Source: Callorhinchus milii
Lineage: Eukaryota
Assembly: GCF_018977255.1 (NCBI RefSeq)
Contig: NW_024704742.1
Location: forward strand, 68,698,001-68,762,000
Length of the DNA stretch: 64,000 nt
Direction: 5' to 3'
A model generated the notes under the pieces. The model searched no databases, was not told where the DNA came from, and saw only the letters and a list, made by a program, of their open reading frames with translations. Of the stretch, positions 11,831-25,400 are shown in pieces. Position 1 is the stretch's first letter. Each line of letters begins with the position of its first letter. The position numbers were made by a program, and so were the translations under genes.

Positions 11831-13634
11831 GGTTGTTAGTCAATTGATGCATCGCTTCCAGGGGTAATTATCCCTCCAGAAAAGAAATGCAGTCACTCTA
11901 TCCACGAATTTTTGTAGGACACTGCTGTGTGCAATTGGCTGCCACATTTCGCCCACAAACACTGTCAATCCATTTTATAATATATATTTTGAATCGCTTT
12001 GAGACATCTTAATGATGTGATAAGATGCCATCTCAAAATGCAAGGATTTATTATTGAGCCTAACCCTTTGGGAGAGCAGTGGAGAAAATTGGAAGGTAGG
12101 ATAGAGACAATAATAAATTCTTAACAAGGTGTTTATATAACAAAACTTTCTTGGAGTCTTAACACTGAATCTTTGAGAGTGTATTATAGGTAACAAGAGC
12201 CTTACAAGTAGGATAAATTCTCAAAGCGCTTTACAACTATGGATGGGGTTGGATATTGAGCGAGGGTGGAGTGGTAGGAAGGAGAAAGTCACCGTCAGTG
12301 CAGTCAGAGATAGGTTTATGGGCAGGACTTAAAGATAGATAAAGAGGAAGTGAGAAGGAGAGGTAAGGGAGGGAGTTGCAGTGGTTAGGGCATAGCAGTT
12401 GAAAACTCAGGGTGAATTACTCTTATAGAAATGGGAGATTAACTCTCCCTTGAAATGATACGTGCCATGAAATAACTGCGGAAAATTGCCTTCCCAGTTA
12501 TGCCTTGATTTAAGATTTATCCAAAATTCCACACAAACTTAAAGTTTGAAATGATGACCTTGAAAATAAGAGCATGGGGATTTGGGGTCTCTGATTTCTT
12601 CTGTCCCATTAATAAGGTTACAGATCTTGATGGATGTGAAGCTGATTCATTATATTCTCTAATCTCGTAATTTGAATTTGCTTTGAAAATTGGGTTTCTT
12701 CCAGGATGTCTGTCTCCACTGAATTTTTCCCTCTGTATCCCCTTAATAACCCGAGAAATCACTGGTGAATCAAGACATATTCCATTTTATAGGCTTTACT
12801 TAGAAAGTAGAATAAATCAAACTCACAGGAGGCCCAGAGAGTGAAGGAATAATAATAATAATGATCCTTGCATTTGATATAGTGCTTTATCACGTTGAGA
12901 TGCCTTAAAGCTCTTCACAGAATATTGTATATTGTATAGCCAATTATGCACAGCAGTGTCCGACAAACAGTTGTGGATTGAGTGACCAAGTTATTATTTT
13001 TTTGAGGGAGTATTACCCCCGGAAGTGATCCGCCAATCGACAAACTACCAGGTTCCTACTTATTGCTAGGTAAACTGAGGCATGTGGAGTAAGGAAACTT
13101 GCCGAAGGTTTCGCCCTGCTTGGGAAGGATGGTCTCCATGAAGCTGACATTCCATTACCAAGCATGTCACGTTGAAGCTGAACTGGCTCCAAGGTCACAT
13201 GCCTGGCAATGAAATATCAGAACCAAGTCAACCCTCCGGTCTTCTCTCGTCCGGCTCCTGAGCCAGACATGTCCGCAGTACTCCAGGGTACTGCTGATGA
13301 CAGAGCAGCCAGCCTGGCTCATCTGCAGGACTTGGAGGGACAGAGGGAGCAGCATTCTTCCTACTCAGCTCCTATAAGCATTACATACCAAAGCCCTCCC
13401 TGCTTTTACCCACACATCTGATGACCTGAATCAAATTCTGAAAAAAAACATATGAGTTTATGACCTAATGCAGTGTAGCCACAAGACCTCTTTATCCATC
13501 TCAATCTAGATTCACTATATCATTTTTGACATGCACAATTTAATCTCCTCCAACTTCCTTGCTCACATTTGTTGCAATCATGCTTTAGTGTCAGAAGATA
13601 ATACATAGGTTGATAGAATGTAGAACCATAGAAA

Positions 13635-14005
13635 GCCACGACATAGTAGGGCCCATTATATTCGTGCTGGTATTTGCTCCTCCAATGAAACCATATGTGG
13701 AGTCCTGCAGTGTATTGGTTAGAGCACTCGACTTGCAAGCGAGAGGACCCGGGTTTGATTCCAGGGCAGGGGAAAACCTCAGTCAAGTTTCTTTACTCCA
13801 CATGCCTCTATTTACCTAGCAGTAAGTAGGAACACGGTTGTTAGTCGATTGGCAGATCGCATTCTGGGGATAATAATCCCTTNAAAAAAGTAATAAGAAG
13901 AATTTGGTCACTCAATGCAAGACTGTTTGTGGGAAACTTCTATGCGCAATTGGCTCCTGCGTTTCACCCACAAAATATACAACCAATTCACTTTACTGTA
14001 TATTC
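13635..14005 (+). mobile_element. tRNA-derived SINE, long form with the central TTTACCTAGCAGTAAGTAGGAAC block
   Basis: Head GTGGAGTCCTG...TTAGAGCACTCG...GCAAGCGAGAGGACCCGGGTTTGATTCC; similar copies at 11692-12055, 25090-25457, 40205-40570, 45275-45640, 48480-48850. Confidence 0.85.
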
Positions 14006-17000
14006 TGTAATTTTTTGAGGCATTATTATCCCTGGAGAGCATTCTGCCAATTGACAAAAAAAGTATTATTATTGTTAATAATAACAGGCCTTTTGACCTT
14101 CCCAAATATGGTTAAATGTAAAAGGATGAACCGCATGAGATAACAGTCAACATTTCTGTTTCAATCAAAGTTTAAAAGCCAATAAAAAAGAACTGTTGGA
14201 AATAAGTATAACTAATCTCCATCGTTACTCTTTAATTAACAGCATGCTCTGCACTTAGCTCTTTGTCAAAGAGAATAAATTTAACCATTATTTTTTGTCA
14301 CTTAACACAGCAACCCAATTCCTTCCACTTAGAAATAGTCTGATGTAATGATCTTTGCTCACACTCACTGAGAGGAGCGACACTTTGCAACTTGGAGGCT
14401 CAGAGAATAAGGCTAAACAGACTATAATAATAATCCTTGAATTTGATATAGTACCTTATCACGTCGTTGAAGCATCTCAAAGCGCTTCACAACCACTTTA
14501 ACCACAATATGTAAGAGGATGAACACAAATACGTTGTAAAATGGAGTGACTGGGTATTTTATGGAAGAAACGCGACAGCCAATGGCCTACAGCAGTGTCT
14601 CACCAACAGTCGTGGATTGAGTGACCAATGATTTTTTTGAGAGGGATTATTACCCCCAGAAAGCTATCTGCCAATCAACTAACAACCGGGTTCCGATTTA
14701 CTGCTGGGTAAACAGATTAAATAAGGATAAGAGAAGGCAGGTAAATCTTAATCTCCCTGTGTCTCTCTCTGTCATCAGGATGACTCTAGTATGGAACTAC
14801 CATAAAGTGTGTCCATGACTCAGTTGGTGGCATTCTAGCATTTGGTTGTACGTTCAAAACCCTAGACTGTCAAAAAGAACAACAACAACAAATTACATTT
14901 ATACAGCGTCCTTGATGCCGGAAGGACGTCCCAAAGCGATGGAGAGTCAAGGGTTTGGACCCAAGTTGGGGATTGGGATCAGGAGGGGTGGAAAGCAAGC
15001 AGGGTGGAGATAGGAGGGTGCCCGTAGACGCGGTTGAAGAAGAGGGTCTAGAGATGTGCCTTGAAGGAGACATATTTAACCAAGGTACTGTCTGTTTATT
15101 TGATCAACAACAAGTTGCATTTATATTGCATCCTTCACATAGGGGAATATCTCAGAGCACTTTACAAGGACTTAACAATGTCTTTCTGAGATGGACATTA
15201 AAGATCTCATGCTAGTAATTGAAAGAAGAGAGAATTTCTCCCAATGTCCTAGTGAACAATCCTGCAGCTTAATGGGCCTATCTGTTTGTAGGAATCTATG
15301 TTTAGAGTAGTTGACACTTAAACCGACAAAAACAGTTGCTGCACTGGACAGCAATTATTGTGAAGAATTTTGAGTCCTTTTGAAGTTATAACACGCTATA
15401 AAAATGCAATTGTTTTTCTTCAAGTGGGTAATATAAGTGGACATGTGGGTTGAGTGAGCACAGCTATCAAGAAGGATTGGACAGGTCGATATGAGTTTTT
15501 CTCTGTAGTTATATATTCACTGGAATGCACTTGGAATGAGAAGGTTGGTGGAAGCAGATTCTATAGTAGCTTTCAAAAGGGAATTGAATATCTACTTGAA
15601 AAGGAAAAATGTGCAGGGCTATGGGGTGAGAGCAGGGTAGTGGGACTAGTTGGGTAGCTATTTCAAAGAGTCGGCTCAGGCATGATGGGCCGAATCGCCT
15701 CCTTCTGTGCTGTAACTCCATGATTCCAAGTGGTGGACGTCTTAAACCCTAACAATGCTGCCTGGACATCTGAGTTGGGAGTGAGAACTGAAGGAAGTGG
15801 GATAGGAAAGTTCGGACAAATAGGTATGTCTTAGGAGGGAGGGAGTCGGAGTCAGAAGGAGTGAGGGATGGAGTTCCTGGGTGAATATGAATGACAGAAA
15901 GTCTACTCACCAATGTAAGATTGCTTCTAAATGCATTGATAATTGTTTTACATTTGGTAGTGCAGTGAGATTTAAGCCTGTATCCAAGCACCACCCAATA
16001 ACAGGTAATAGTGGCTGGTCGGGTGCAGAAACATTGCATTGCAAATAATAATAATAATAATTTTGTCACTCATTCCGTGAGTGTTTGTGGTACAATACTG
16101 TGCACAATTGACTGCCATGTTTTGCCCACACAATATACCAAAATTCCTTCACAGTATATTCTGTGACCTGATTTGAGATGTCTCGAAGACGTGATAAGGC
16201 ACTGTAACAAATACAATGATTATCATTATTATTATTATATCCTGAAATGCTCCTGAATGTTGCTGTTTGCCAGCCAGCTTGTAATTTGATGTTGTTGTTG
16301 AATGCTTAATCAAGACACACTGCCAATCTAATAATGGAGGAACAGCTCTGCTCTCATGACCTCTTATGTATTTCAAGGTGAGAAGATATTCCCTCCACCT
16401 CCTCCTCCGAGTATGTATTTGTCTAAGTGCGATTAAATAATAACATGTTAATATTTAATGCATAAAGCACTAGAAAGAGCATGGGAACTCATACATAATA
16501 ACATAACAACATAAGAATGTGCAGGCGAAAGAAGACCAATGTCCATCCAGTTCGCCTTCCACCAATCTGTCAGTCACATGCACATGTCATATCCAAAACG
16601 AAATAACAACATAACATTGTTATGCATATGGAGGCATGCAAAAGCCTCTAAGTAGATGTGTACATGTTTTGAGTTCAGTTGTGTGAGTAGATCAGATTTC
16701 TGAGTCTCCCATGGAGTTCACCTTGAGACCTTCCTTTGTCCGAAAATTTAAGATTTTGCAGAGTATTGGAAAAGTTGTTTTTTGGTCGGCCTGGTGTCTG
16801 ACATATCACCAAGCTTAAGAGTATACAAACTAGACAAAGTTCCATGCATGTACCTTACACATGGAAATTCCTGTGTATTAGAATGGAATGTATCTCCCTG
16901 GGTGGACGCATCCTGCTTAACTAATCTCAGAGTATTAAGCAAGAGCTAAGAGTTGGAGACCCCAGAATGTGTGTTGGGGTACTGCTGGAGTCTATACAGC

Positions 17001-17199
17001 TAAATCCACATAGCTTGTCATTGGTAGCACTGTCTGACAAGGTTCCTGCACTTTGTTCAGCTGGAACCACCCTATCCGTTAGGGCTTTGTCTTGCAAGGT
17101 TAGCAGAAGTCAAGTGGGAAGACAACTTCCCTCTCCCTCATACGTACCCTCCCCAACTCTCCACTACCCCCATACTCCACAGCCATCTCCTCTGTACCC

Positions 17200-19258
17200 T
17201 CTAAAATCCTGTCCGTATCACTCTCTCCTCCCACCAGCAAACCCACCCGCATTTCCCTTCAAAATGTCCATTCCCTCACAAACAAAGCCCTCACCATCCA
17301 TGACCTCATCCTGGATGAGCACCTTGACATTCTTGGGCCCACAGACACCTGGCTCTCCCCCAATGACCCCGTCCACCTAGTTGAAGCCTGCCCTCCAGGC
17401 TACTCCTTCCACCGCAACCCCTGTCCAAACCAATGTGGCGGTGGGGTGGCCCTCATCTCCAAAGCTTCCCTTGGTCTTTCCCCCTATTCCTATGGCTGGT
17501 TTCCCTCTTTTGAGCACCTCACCCTCTTCCATCCCTCTCTCCCACTGAAAATCCTGCTGGTCTACCGTCCGCCTAAGCCCCCTGGCTTGTTCCTCTCTGA
17601 CATCTCTACTCTCCTCTCTTCCCTGTCCCTCTCCGAATACCTGCTTATAATGGGCGATTTCAGCCGTCATCAGGTCCTACCACGACCCCCGTCCTACATT
17701 CCTTCCTCCCCATCTCTCCTTCCTCCCTCTCACTCACCATCATTTTGATGAAACCCACCACCTGCTGCCTCGACCCCCTCCCCATTAACTTGCTGGTCAC
17801 CCAGCTCCCCCTCCTCTGCCCACTACTGGCTGATGTCATCAAGCAGTTCCTCTCCTCTGGAGCAGTCCCTGCCCCCCTCAAAGCTGCTGTCATCAGCCCC
17901 CTTCTGAAAACACTCTCCCTAGATCCCTCAAACCCCAACCACTACCGCCCTATTTCAAACTTGCCCTTCCTTGCCAAGGTCCTAGAACACATTGTTGCCA
18001 ATCAACTCCGCGCACACCTCTCCTCCTACTCCCTCTTCGAACCCCTCCAGTCCGGCTTTCGCCCTGCCCACTCTACTTGTGAAAGTCTCAAACGACATCC
18101 TCGCTATCTGTGACCAGGGTTCCCTCTGCCATCTTGTCCTTCTAGACCTCTCCACCGCTTTAGACACAGTCAATCATGCCATCCTCCTCCACCGCCTTTC
18201 CTCCATATTCCACCTCAGTGGAACCGCACTTGCCTGGTTCGAGTCCTATCTCCCGAACCGCCAGCAGTACATCTCCACAAACGGCTTTTCCTCCCGCTCT
18301 CACCTGGTTACCTGCGGGGTACCCCAAGGATACATCCTTGGCCCCTTCCTCTTTCTAATCTATATGCTCCCTCTTGGGGATGTCATCCGCAGACATGAGG
18401 TACACTTCCACATGTATGAGGACGACACCCAACTCCATTTTTCCATCTCACTTTGCAAACCCCAGATGCCTGATGTTCTGTCAGTCTGCCTGTCAGACAT
18501 CAGGAGCTAGATGAGCGTGAATTTCCTTCAACAACAACAACAACAACAAGATTACATTTGTATAGTGCCTTTCACGTCGGGAGGACGTCCCAAGGTGCTG
18601 AAAACTTCAACTAAATGTTGAAAAGATGGAAGCCATACACTTTGGCTCTCGTCAACATCTTAAATCGCACGGTTCTCACCTCCTCCACATACCCGAACTC
18701 CCTCTACAACTCTCCGAACCCGTACGCAACCTAGGCGTCAGGTTCAACCCCCAATTATCCTTCCTCCCACACATCCGATCCCTCACCAGCACCGTTTTCT
18801 TCCACTTCCGACGCATCCAACGATTACCCCAGTCCTTGCCAGACTGCACTGGCTGCCTGTCCCATAGAGGATCGATTTCAAGATCCTCACTCTTGTCTTC
18901 AAATCCCTCCATTCCTCTGCACCCCTCTACCTCTCTGACCTCCTCTCTCCTCACAACAGTGCCCTTTGCCTTCGCTCCCCCGGGTCTGGCCTCCTCCTTG
19001 TGCCCCGAATCCTCCGCTCCACCATCGGCGACCGTGCCTTCAGCCACTCTACCCCGAGGCTCTGGAACTGCCTTCCTCACTCCCTTCACCTCACCCCCTC
19101 TCTTCCTATTTTCAGGTCTTGGCTAAAGACCTTTCTTTTCGACTGCACTTTTAGTCACCTTCCTCCCCCTCCCCCTGGCTTGGCCCCGGGATCCGTTTAT
19201 TGTGAAACACCGTCCGGCTTGAAGGGCACTGTATAAATCCTAGTTGTTGTTGTTGTTG
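17200..19258 (+). mobile_element. Decayed L2 LINE with APE endonuclease remnant, internal deletions, RT and (TTG)n tail
   Basis: SLQNVHSLTNK...LDIL..TDTW, VYRPP and LIMGDF (APE); [29 protein letters not shown] (RT); 3' tail at 19200-19258. Confidence 0.92.
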
Positions 19259-21482
19259 AAGAATTCCTGCTCTCATTAACTGGTCTGTCTCTTCAATCTC
19301 TGCCCCTCGAAGTCCTGACGATGAGCTAGGCTGGCTGTGCTGAAGTACTGCGAACCCGCCTGGCTCAGAAACCGGACTACCAAGACCACAACAACAGCAA
19401 CTTGCATTTACATAGCGACCTTCATGCCGGGTAGCATACCCAGAGCGCTTAACAAATGATCACAGAGGGTGACTCAATTCCGATATTCCATTGCCATTCG
19501 AGTTACCTTGGAGCCAGTTCAGCTCCAAAAACACCCCGATACCTCTCCATATTAACTAGCCCCTCCTCTACCTGGAGAATGGTCTTAAAGAGTTGAGTTG
19601 AAAAGTACACAAAAACTACTCCATTTTCTGGACTTATCACATTCTGCAATTTCAGCCATCCCTTTAAGTTAGAATTTCTATTGTGAAATAAGTTGGGCCA
19701 CAACTTCTATAATTAAACTGACCTCTGCAGGACTCCCTGGAAGGGGTGCTCACTGAATCAGAATTAGCAAGCCCCTGGTGGAGACAGATTTACTGGAGCC
19801 CAACATGGAACCTCTATTCAAATTGAGCCTGTTATTAATTCTTCTCAAAAAAATTTGCAAGATAAAAGTGACGTGTGATGGCCAGGGATTTGCTCTGATC
19901 TCAGCGCTGCTGAAGAAAGATGAAGACCCACCATACTGCAATATATGCTGTCCTATTTAATTATTATAAAGCCTAAATACAGAAGTCACAGCTGTAGAAA
20001 CTGCCCAAGGTGCCCCAGGTAGTGTACATTAATGAGCAGTGGGTCTTTGTCGACCTTATGTGAGATCACAAGCAAGTTGTAAAATTTAACATTGTCACGT
20101 CTCAGCAATGCCCAAAACATTTGCAGCACAAAAACGCATTTCTTAATTGAAATAAATCGTCTTGTTTGGCGGTCGGGAATCCAGTCACCTGTGCGCAATT
20201 GGGCTGCCGCGTTCGTTCACCTACAAATACACAATCACACTAAATCTCTACTTCACAATAAGTCATGTGAAGCGCTTTGCTATGTCCTCCTAGTGTGAAA
20301 GACCTTGTACCAAATGCAAGGATTATGGTGTGACATTGCTATGCGCAATTGGCTGCCTTGTTTTATCCCCTTTCGCATCTGATGGAAGGCACCTCCAACA
20401 ATGCAACACACTCCCAACACTGATTGGAGTGTCAGCGTAGACTATTTGGGTTCCAAGTCCTGATGTGGGGCTTGAACATGTAACCTTCTGACTCAGAGGC
20501 AAGAATGCTACTGACTGAGCCAGGCTGACACACAATTGTGCATAGGGGAGGACTGGTAATCCCTCTTAGTATTCTTCTTAAGTTGCTTCTCGAGGGTCAT
20601 GGAGACATGTCAGCATTTTGTCTCTTCCGAGATTTTCTCCACAGTTACTCATGTGCCTCAGGAGTTTTACGGGCACATTTTGGAGTGACTGTGGCAAGCT
20701 AAATTGCCCGTAATGTGTTGGAGTGAACATCTCGATAGGCTGCCTACCCTTTGCTCATTTCATACTTTGTTACTTTTTATGTTTTTTTATGCAATGTAAA
20801 GCCGACACTTTTATTAGATTAAAGTAAGGTCTTTGCGGGAAACCACGAGTGTGTGAAAAGTGCTGAGTGGACAGTATTTCATTCATTGTGATAATGAAAG
20901 GACAGTTCTTACAATACAAGAACTTATGTTTGCATCTGTCTTATTATTTAACATCTTGCTCGTATTATACCCGGGACTGCAATTCAGTGAAATGGAAGGG
21001 AAAAGACATGCAATTCGACAATGTGCTTGAAGTGTTTCGGAGTCTGTGGTCAGACTCTCCTCACAAGCGAGAGACCTGGGTTTGATTCCCAGTAGGGCAA
21101 ATCCTTGGGCAAGTTTCCTTAGTCCACATGCCTGATAATAATCCCTCAACAAATAAAATAAAAATAAAAATATATAACTTGGTTACTCAATCCATGACTG
21201 TTTATGGGACACTGCTGTGCACAATTGGCTGCTGTGTTTTGCCCACAAATATACAGTCAATTCACTTTACAGTATATTCTGTGAAGTGCTTTGAGATGTC
21301 TAGAAGACATGAAAAGCCGATATCAAATGCAAGGATTATTATTATTTATTATAAGTAGAATCCATAAGCAGCTTTTAAAAAGGGAATTAGACAAATATTA
21401 AAGCAAAGGAAAACTAAAGCAGAGTGAAGAATTGAGTCTAAGTTGATAATTCTCAGAGAGATGGAGTCCTTTGAGAGTTCTT

Positions 21483-21638
21483 GTGGAGTCCTGCAAGCGA
21501 GAGACCTGGGTTTGATTCCCAGCAGGGTGAAATGTTGGACAAGTTTCCTTACTCAACACACCTCTGTGAAGCGCTTTGAAACGTCTAGAAGACGTGAAAA
21601 GCGTTATATCAAATGCAAGTATTTTTATTTATTATTAT
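21483..21638 (+). mobile_element. Doubly deleted mini-SINE (partial head fused to tail)
   Basis: GGAGTCCTG|CAAGCGAG and CACACCTCTGT|GAAGCGC junctions, the second through TCTGT microhomology. Confidence 0.75.
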
Positions 21639-22293
21639 AGAGATGAAACACATATGGTAACACTGTGGTCTCCTTGTCAAATGTTATGTTTCTGTCCATC
21701 TGCACAATCAGTGCTCAATAGTAATGATAATAATCCTTGCATTTGATACAGCACCTTATCATGTTGTTAAGACTGCCCAAAGTCACAAAATAAACTGTAA
21801 AGTGAATTAACTGTATATTTTGGGGGAGAAACGCAGCATTCAATTGCATACAGCAATACAATGCAATGATAGTGGTATCCTTTCGCAAGTGAAACTCCTC
21901 AGGCCCTAAATTTCTGATTTTCTTTGACTGAAGACTATTGTCATACAATTTAAAGTGGTCTGAATTTTGGTGAATGGCCTTCCAATGCAGTCTTAATTTG
22001 AAATTTAAGAAAATGCAAGGATTATTATCATTATTAATTTGAAAAACTGTACAGGGCAGTTTGTTTTTTGTTTGACAGTTGAAGGATCTATCTCATAATT
22101 CAGTGCGAGAATATATGGTAGAGATGGAGCATTATTATCTCTGGTGTCCTGGCAGTGACCTGACCTAGAAGCAGGCTATTTTTCTCACAAACCTGTTTTT
22201 TGGGGATCTGAAGTAACACAGGGATGGGTCACTCTGTACTGTGATTTTTCGCAAAGCTTGAAAGGCTTGCTGACTTTTCTCTGTGTTTTGCAG

Positions 22294-22407
22294 ACTCCTG
22301 AAGAGCTGGAGGACGACTCTGATTTTGAGCAGGAAGACTACGATGTGCGCAGCCGAACGAGTGTCCAGACTGAAGACGACCAGCTGATTGCAGGACAAAG
22401 TGCTCGG
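22294..22407 (+). CDS. CTNNA2: CTNNA2 internal exon, 114 bp, acidic phospho-linker: TPEELEDDSDFEQEDYDVRSRTSVQTEDDQLIAGQSAR
   Basis: Acceptor TTTTGCAG at 22286-22293, donor GTACGT at 22408; phase 0/0. ELEDDSDFEQEDY matches alpha-N-catenin as I recall it (alpha-E has ELDDSDFETEDF). Confidence 0.96.
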
Positions 22408-25400
22408 GTACGTCAGTCAGACCCACACGCCTCAGGCTCTGATACAACGACAACAACATTTATATAGTGCCTTTCACATAGGATGAACATGATACCAATA
22501 ATAATCCTTGCATTTGATACATTGCCTTATCATGTCATTGTAATGTCTCAAAGAGCTTACAAAATATATTGTAAAGTGTATTGACTGCATTTTGTGAGTG
22601 AAACGAGGCAGTCAATTGAACGCAGAAGTGTCCCACAAACAGTTGTGGGACTACATTTATTTTTGGAGGGATTATCACCCCCAGAAAGCGATCCGCTAAT
22701 TGACTTTGACCAGGTTCCTACTTACTACTCAGTAAACCAAGGTGGTTGGAGTCAGTTAACTTGCTTACGAATTTAACCCAGTCCTCTCGTTTGCGAGGCG
22801 AGTGCTCAAACTGATGCACTGCAAGGACTGCATCATCTAATCTCACAACACTTCACCATCTAATCGCATAACATTTCACAGAGACCATAGGGAGCACTGA
22901 ACATTGTGGAATTGAAGGGTATTTGATCAAAAGCAAAGATATGTGTTTTTAAAAGGGATTTGAAAGCAGGGATAGAAGGTGCAATTTGGGATTTAAGATC
23001 TTTTTTTTAATTTAACATTGAGCTGAATTTTAGATATTCTTAAATTCCCTCTTCAATTATGCAGTTTTCAAGCTGTTTCTGTGAAGAAAAGTCTGCTTCA
23101 AAATGATGGCTAAACAAAGAATAATCCTTGCATTTGATATACAGTATTTGAAAATATAAGTATTATTATAAAGACTTATCATCTCATCAAAATATCTCAA
23201 AGCACTTCACAGGATTTACTGTAAGGTCTAAGTGATTATTTGAAGGCAAATGCAGCAGCCAATGGACACACAACAAAGTCCCACAAATGGGAAATGCCAT
23301 GAATCAACTTTTATCTGGAGGGATTATTGGTAGAATAGCACAATGGGATCTTGAACATCGACTTGTGCAGGCAGACAGGACCTCAGTTTAACATCTCAGA
23401 AGAAGGACAGCACAACTCTCCTCAATACTGCATTGGAGTCAACTCTGAGTCCTGACGTGGGGCTTGAACCCACAACCTTCTGACACAGAGTCAAGAGTGT
23501 TATCCACGGAGCCAAGTTGACACAATTGCTGAAGCATCAAATAGACATTACAGCAGCCCCCCCACCACAGCAGCGTTCTCAAGGCTGATAATAATAATCC
23601 TTGCATTTGATATAGCACTTTATCACGTTGTTGCGACATCTGAAAGTGCTTCACAGAATATACTATAAAATTAAGACTATTATTATGGTGCTCCATGAAG
23701 TCACATTTTTGTCTTTCAACTTAAGATCACTTGAGTAAGGCTTACCGCAGCTTTTTGCTAAAAAAAATCACAGAGTAAAGCCGCAATCCAGGCTTGACTT
23801 ACCTTCAGTTGATACAATACAACATTTTGTTTCCCACTTCAAAAGCCACAGGCACAAACAAAACGTCTCTTTGAAGGACTGGAAATCAGACTTTTGGCAG
23901 CTGTGATTTTGACAAGGTTAACTGCAAGGACAGAGTTCAATTGAACATGGAGTGAACGGCCAGGTTATTGATGAGTGTGTCAAGCACCGGCACCACACAG
24001 CAGACTGCACACCACAACTTCTCACTTTTATTTGGCTATAACTTTTATGGTATGCTGCCACCAGGGCAGTCACTACACTACAGAGCTAACACAGGGAGGA
24101 CGGTCTGCTTTTTCCCATGGGTATGATAAGAGAATCAGCTCCTTGCTACATTACAAAAGCTAAATCACCCCCTCAATCTGTGAAGTGGGATATAGCACAC
24201 AAAGAGACTCAAAAAGCATAAATCGACCCCACCAGTTGCTCCCAAACCAGTTGAGTACTAGATATGTGAACTGTATGAAGCAGAGGGAATCGCTTGGGAT
24301 CTTGCAAATGTTGTGAAACCTTAACCTCTGAAAAAAGCCATCATTCCACCTTATAATAATTCCTGAAATGCTTTGAGATGCCTTGACAATGTGATTAGGC
24401 ATTTTATCGAATGCAAGGATTATTACTATCTTCAACTCCTGCAAAAGTTTCAGGATAAGATAGATAAAATTGCCAAGATAAGACGGGGCTTATTTTACAA
24501 GAGCTGAGAAGATTAAGGAATGATTTGGTAGAATTTTGGAGATTGTGATGGGGTATTCGAAAGCAATTGGTTATTTCCCCAGTCGACAAGATGCTAATAG
24601 TAGGGCACACATTTAACACAATCATATAGAATCATTTAGAACTTTACAGCATTGAAGCAGGTCCTTTGGCCCAATTAGCCCATACCAGCACAACTCCGCA
24701 CAACTCCCTATTTCTCAGGATACAGTTCAAGATCCCGGTCCTCACCTTCAAAGCCCTCCATGGTCTTGTTCCCCTCTATCTTTGTGACCTCTTAATCCCC
24801 TACCATCCTGCCCGCTCCCTCGGCTCTACGGGATCCATCCCACAATCTCTCCGCCTCGCCTCCTCCCTTGCCTATTTCAAGACCGACCTCAAGACCCTCC
24901 TCTTTGACAATGCTTTTGATCTCCCTGCTTCTGCCCGCCCTCCACCTTCCCCGATCCCGGCCACCAGCTCAGATCTGAAACTCTGTCTGGCCAGCACCTT
25001 AGGACGTCCTCCCGATATGAAAGGTGCTATACAAATGTAATTTTGTTGTTGTTGTTGTCCTATTATCCTGATAGGAGTCCTGTAGAGTATTGTGGAGTCT
25101 TCTAATGTAATAGATAGAGCACTCGCCTCACAAGTGAAAAGACTCAGGCTTGATTCCCGGGCAGGGTGAAACCTTAGGAAACTTTCCTTACTCCACATGT
25201 CTTTGCTTACCTAGCGGTAAGTAGGAACCCGGTTGTTAGTCAATTGGCGGATCGCTTCCTTGGGATAATAATCCCTTCAAAAATATAATTTGGTCACTCA
25301 CTCCATGGCTGTTTGTGGGACACTGCTACGTACAATTGGCTGCCACGTTTTGCCTACAAAATACACAGAATACTTTGCAGTATATTCTGTGAAGCACTTT

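Noticed and set aside
13883..13883. Single ambiguous base (n)
   Set aside because: Assembly ambiguity inside a SINE; only a reminder that assembly errors are possible.
20540..20870. Possible solo LTR (also 44600-44780)
   Set aside because: Poly(A)-signal-like words are present but no TG...CA termini, TSD or second copy could be identified.
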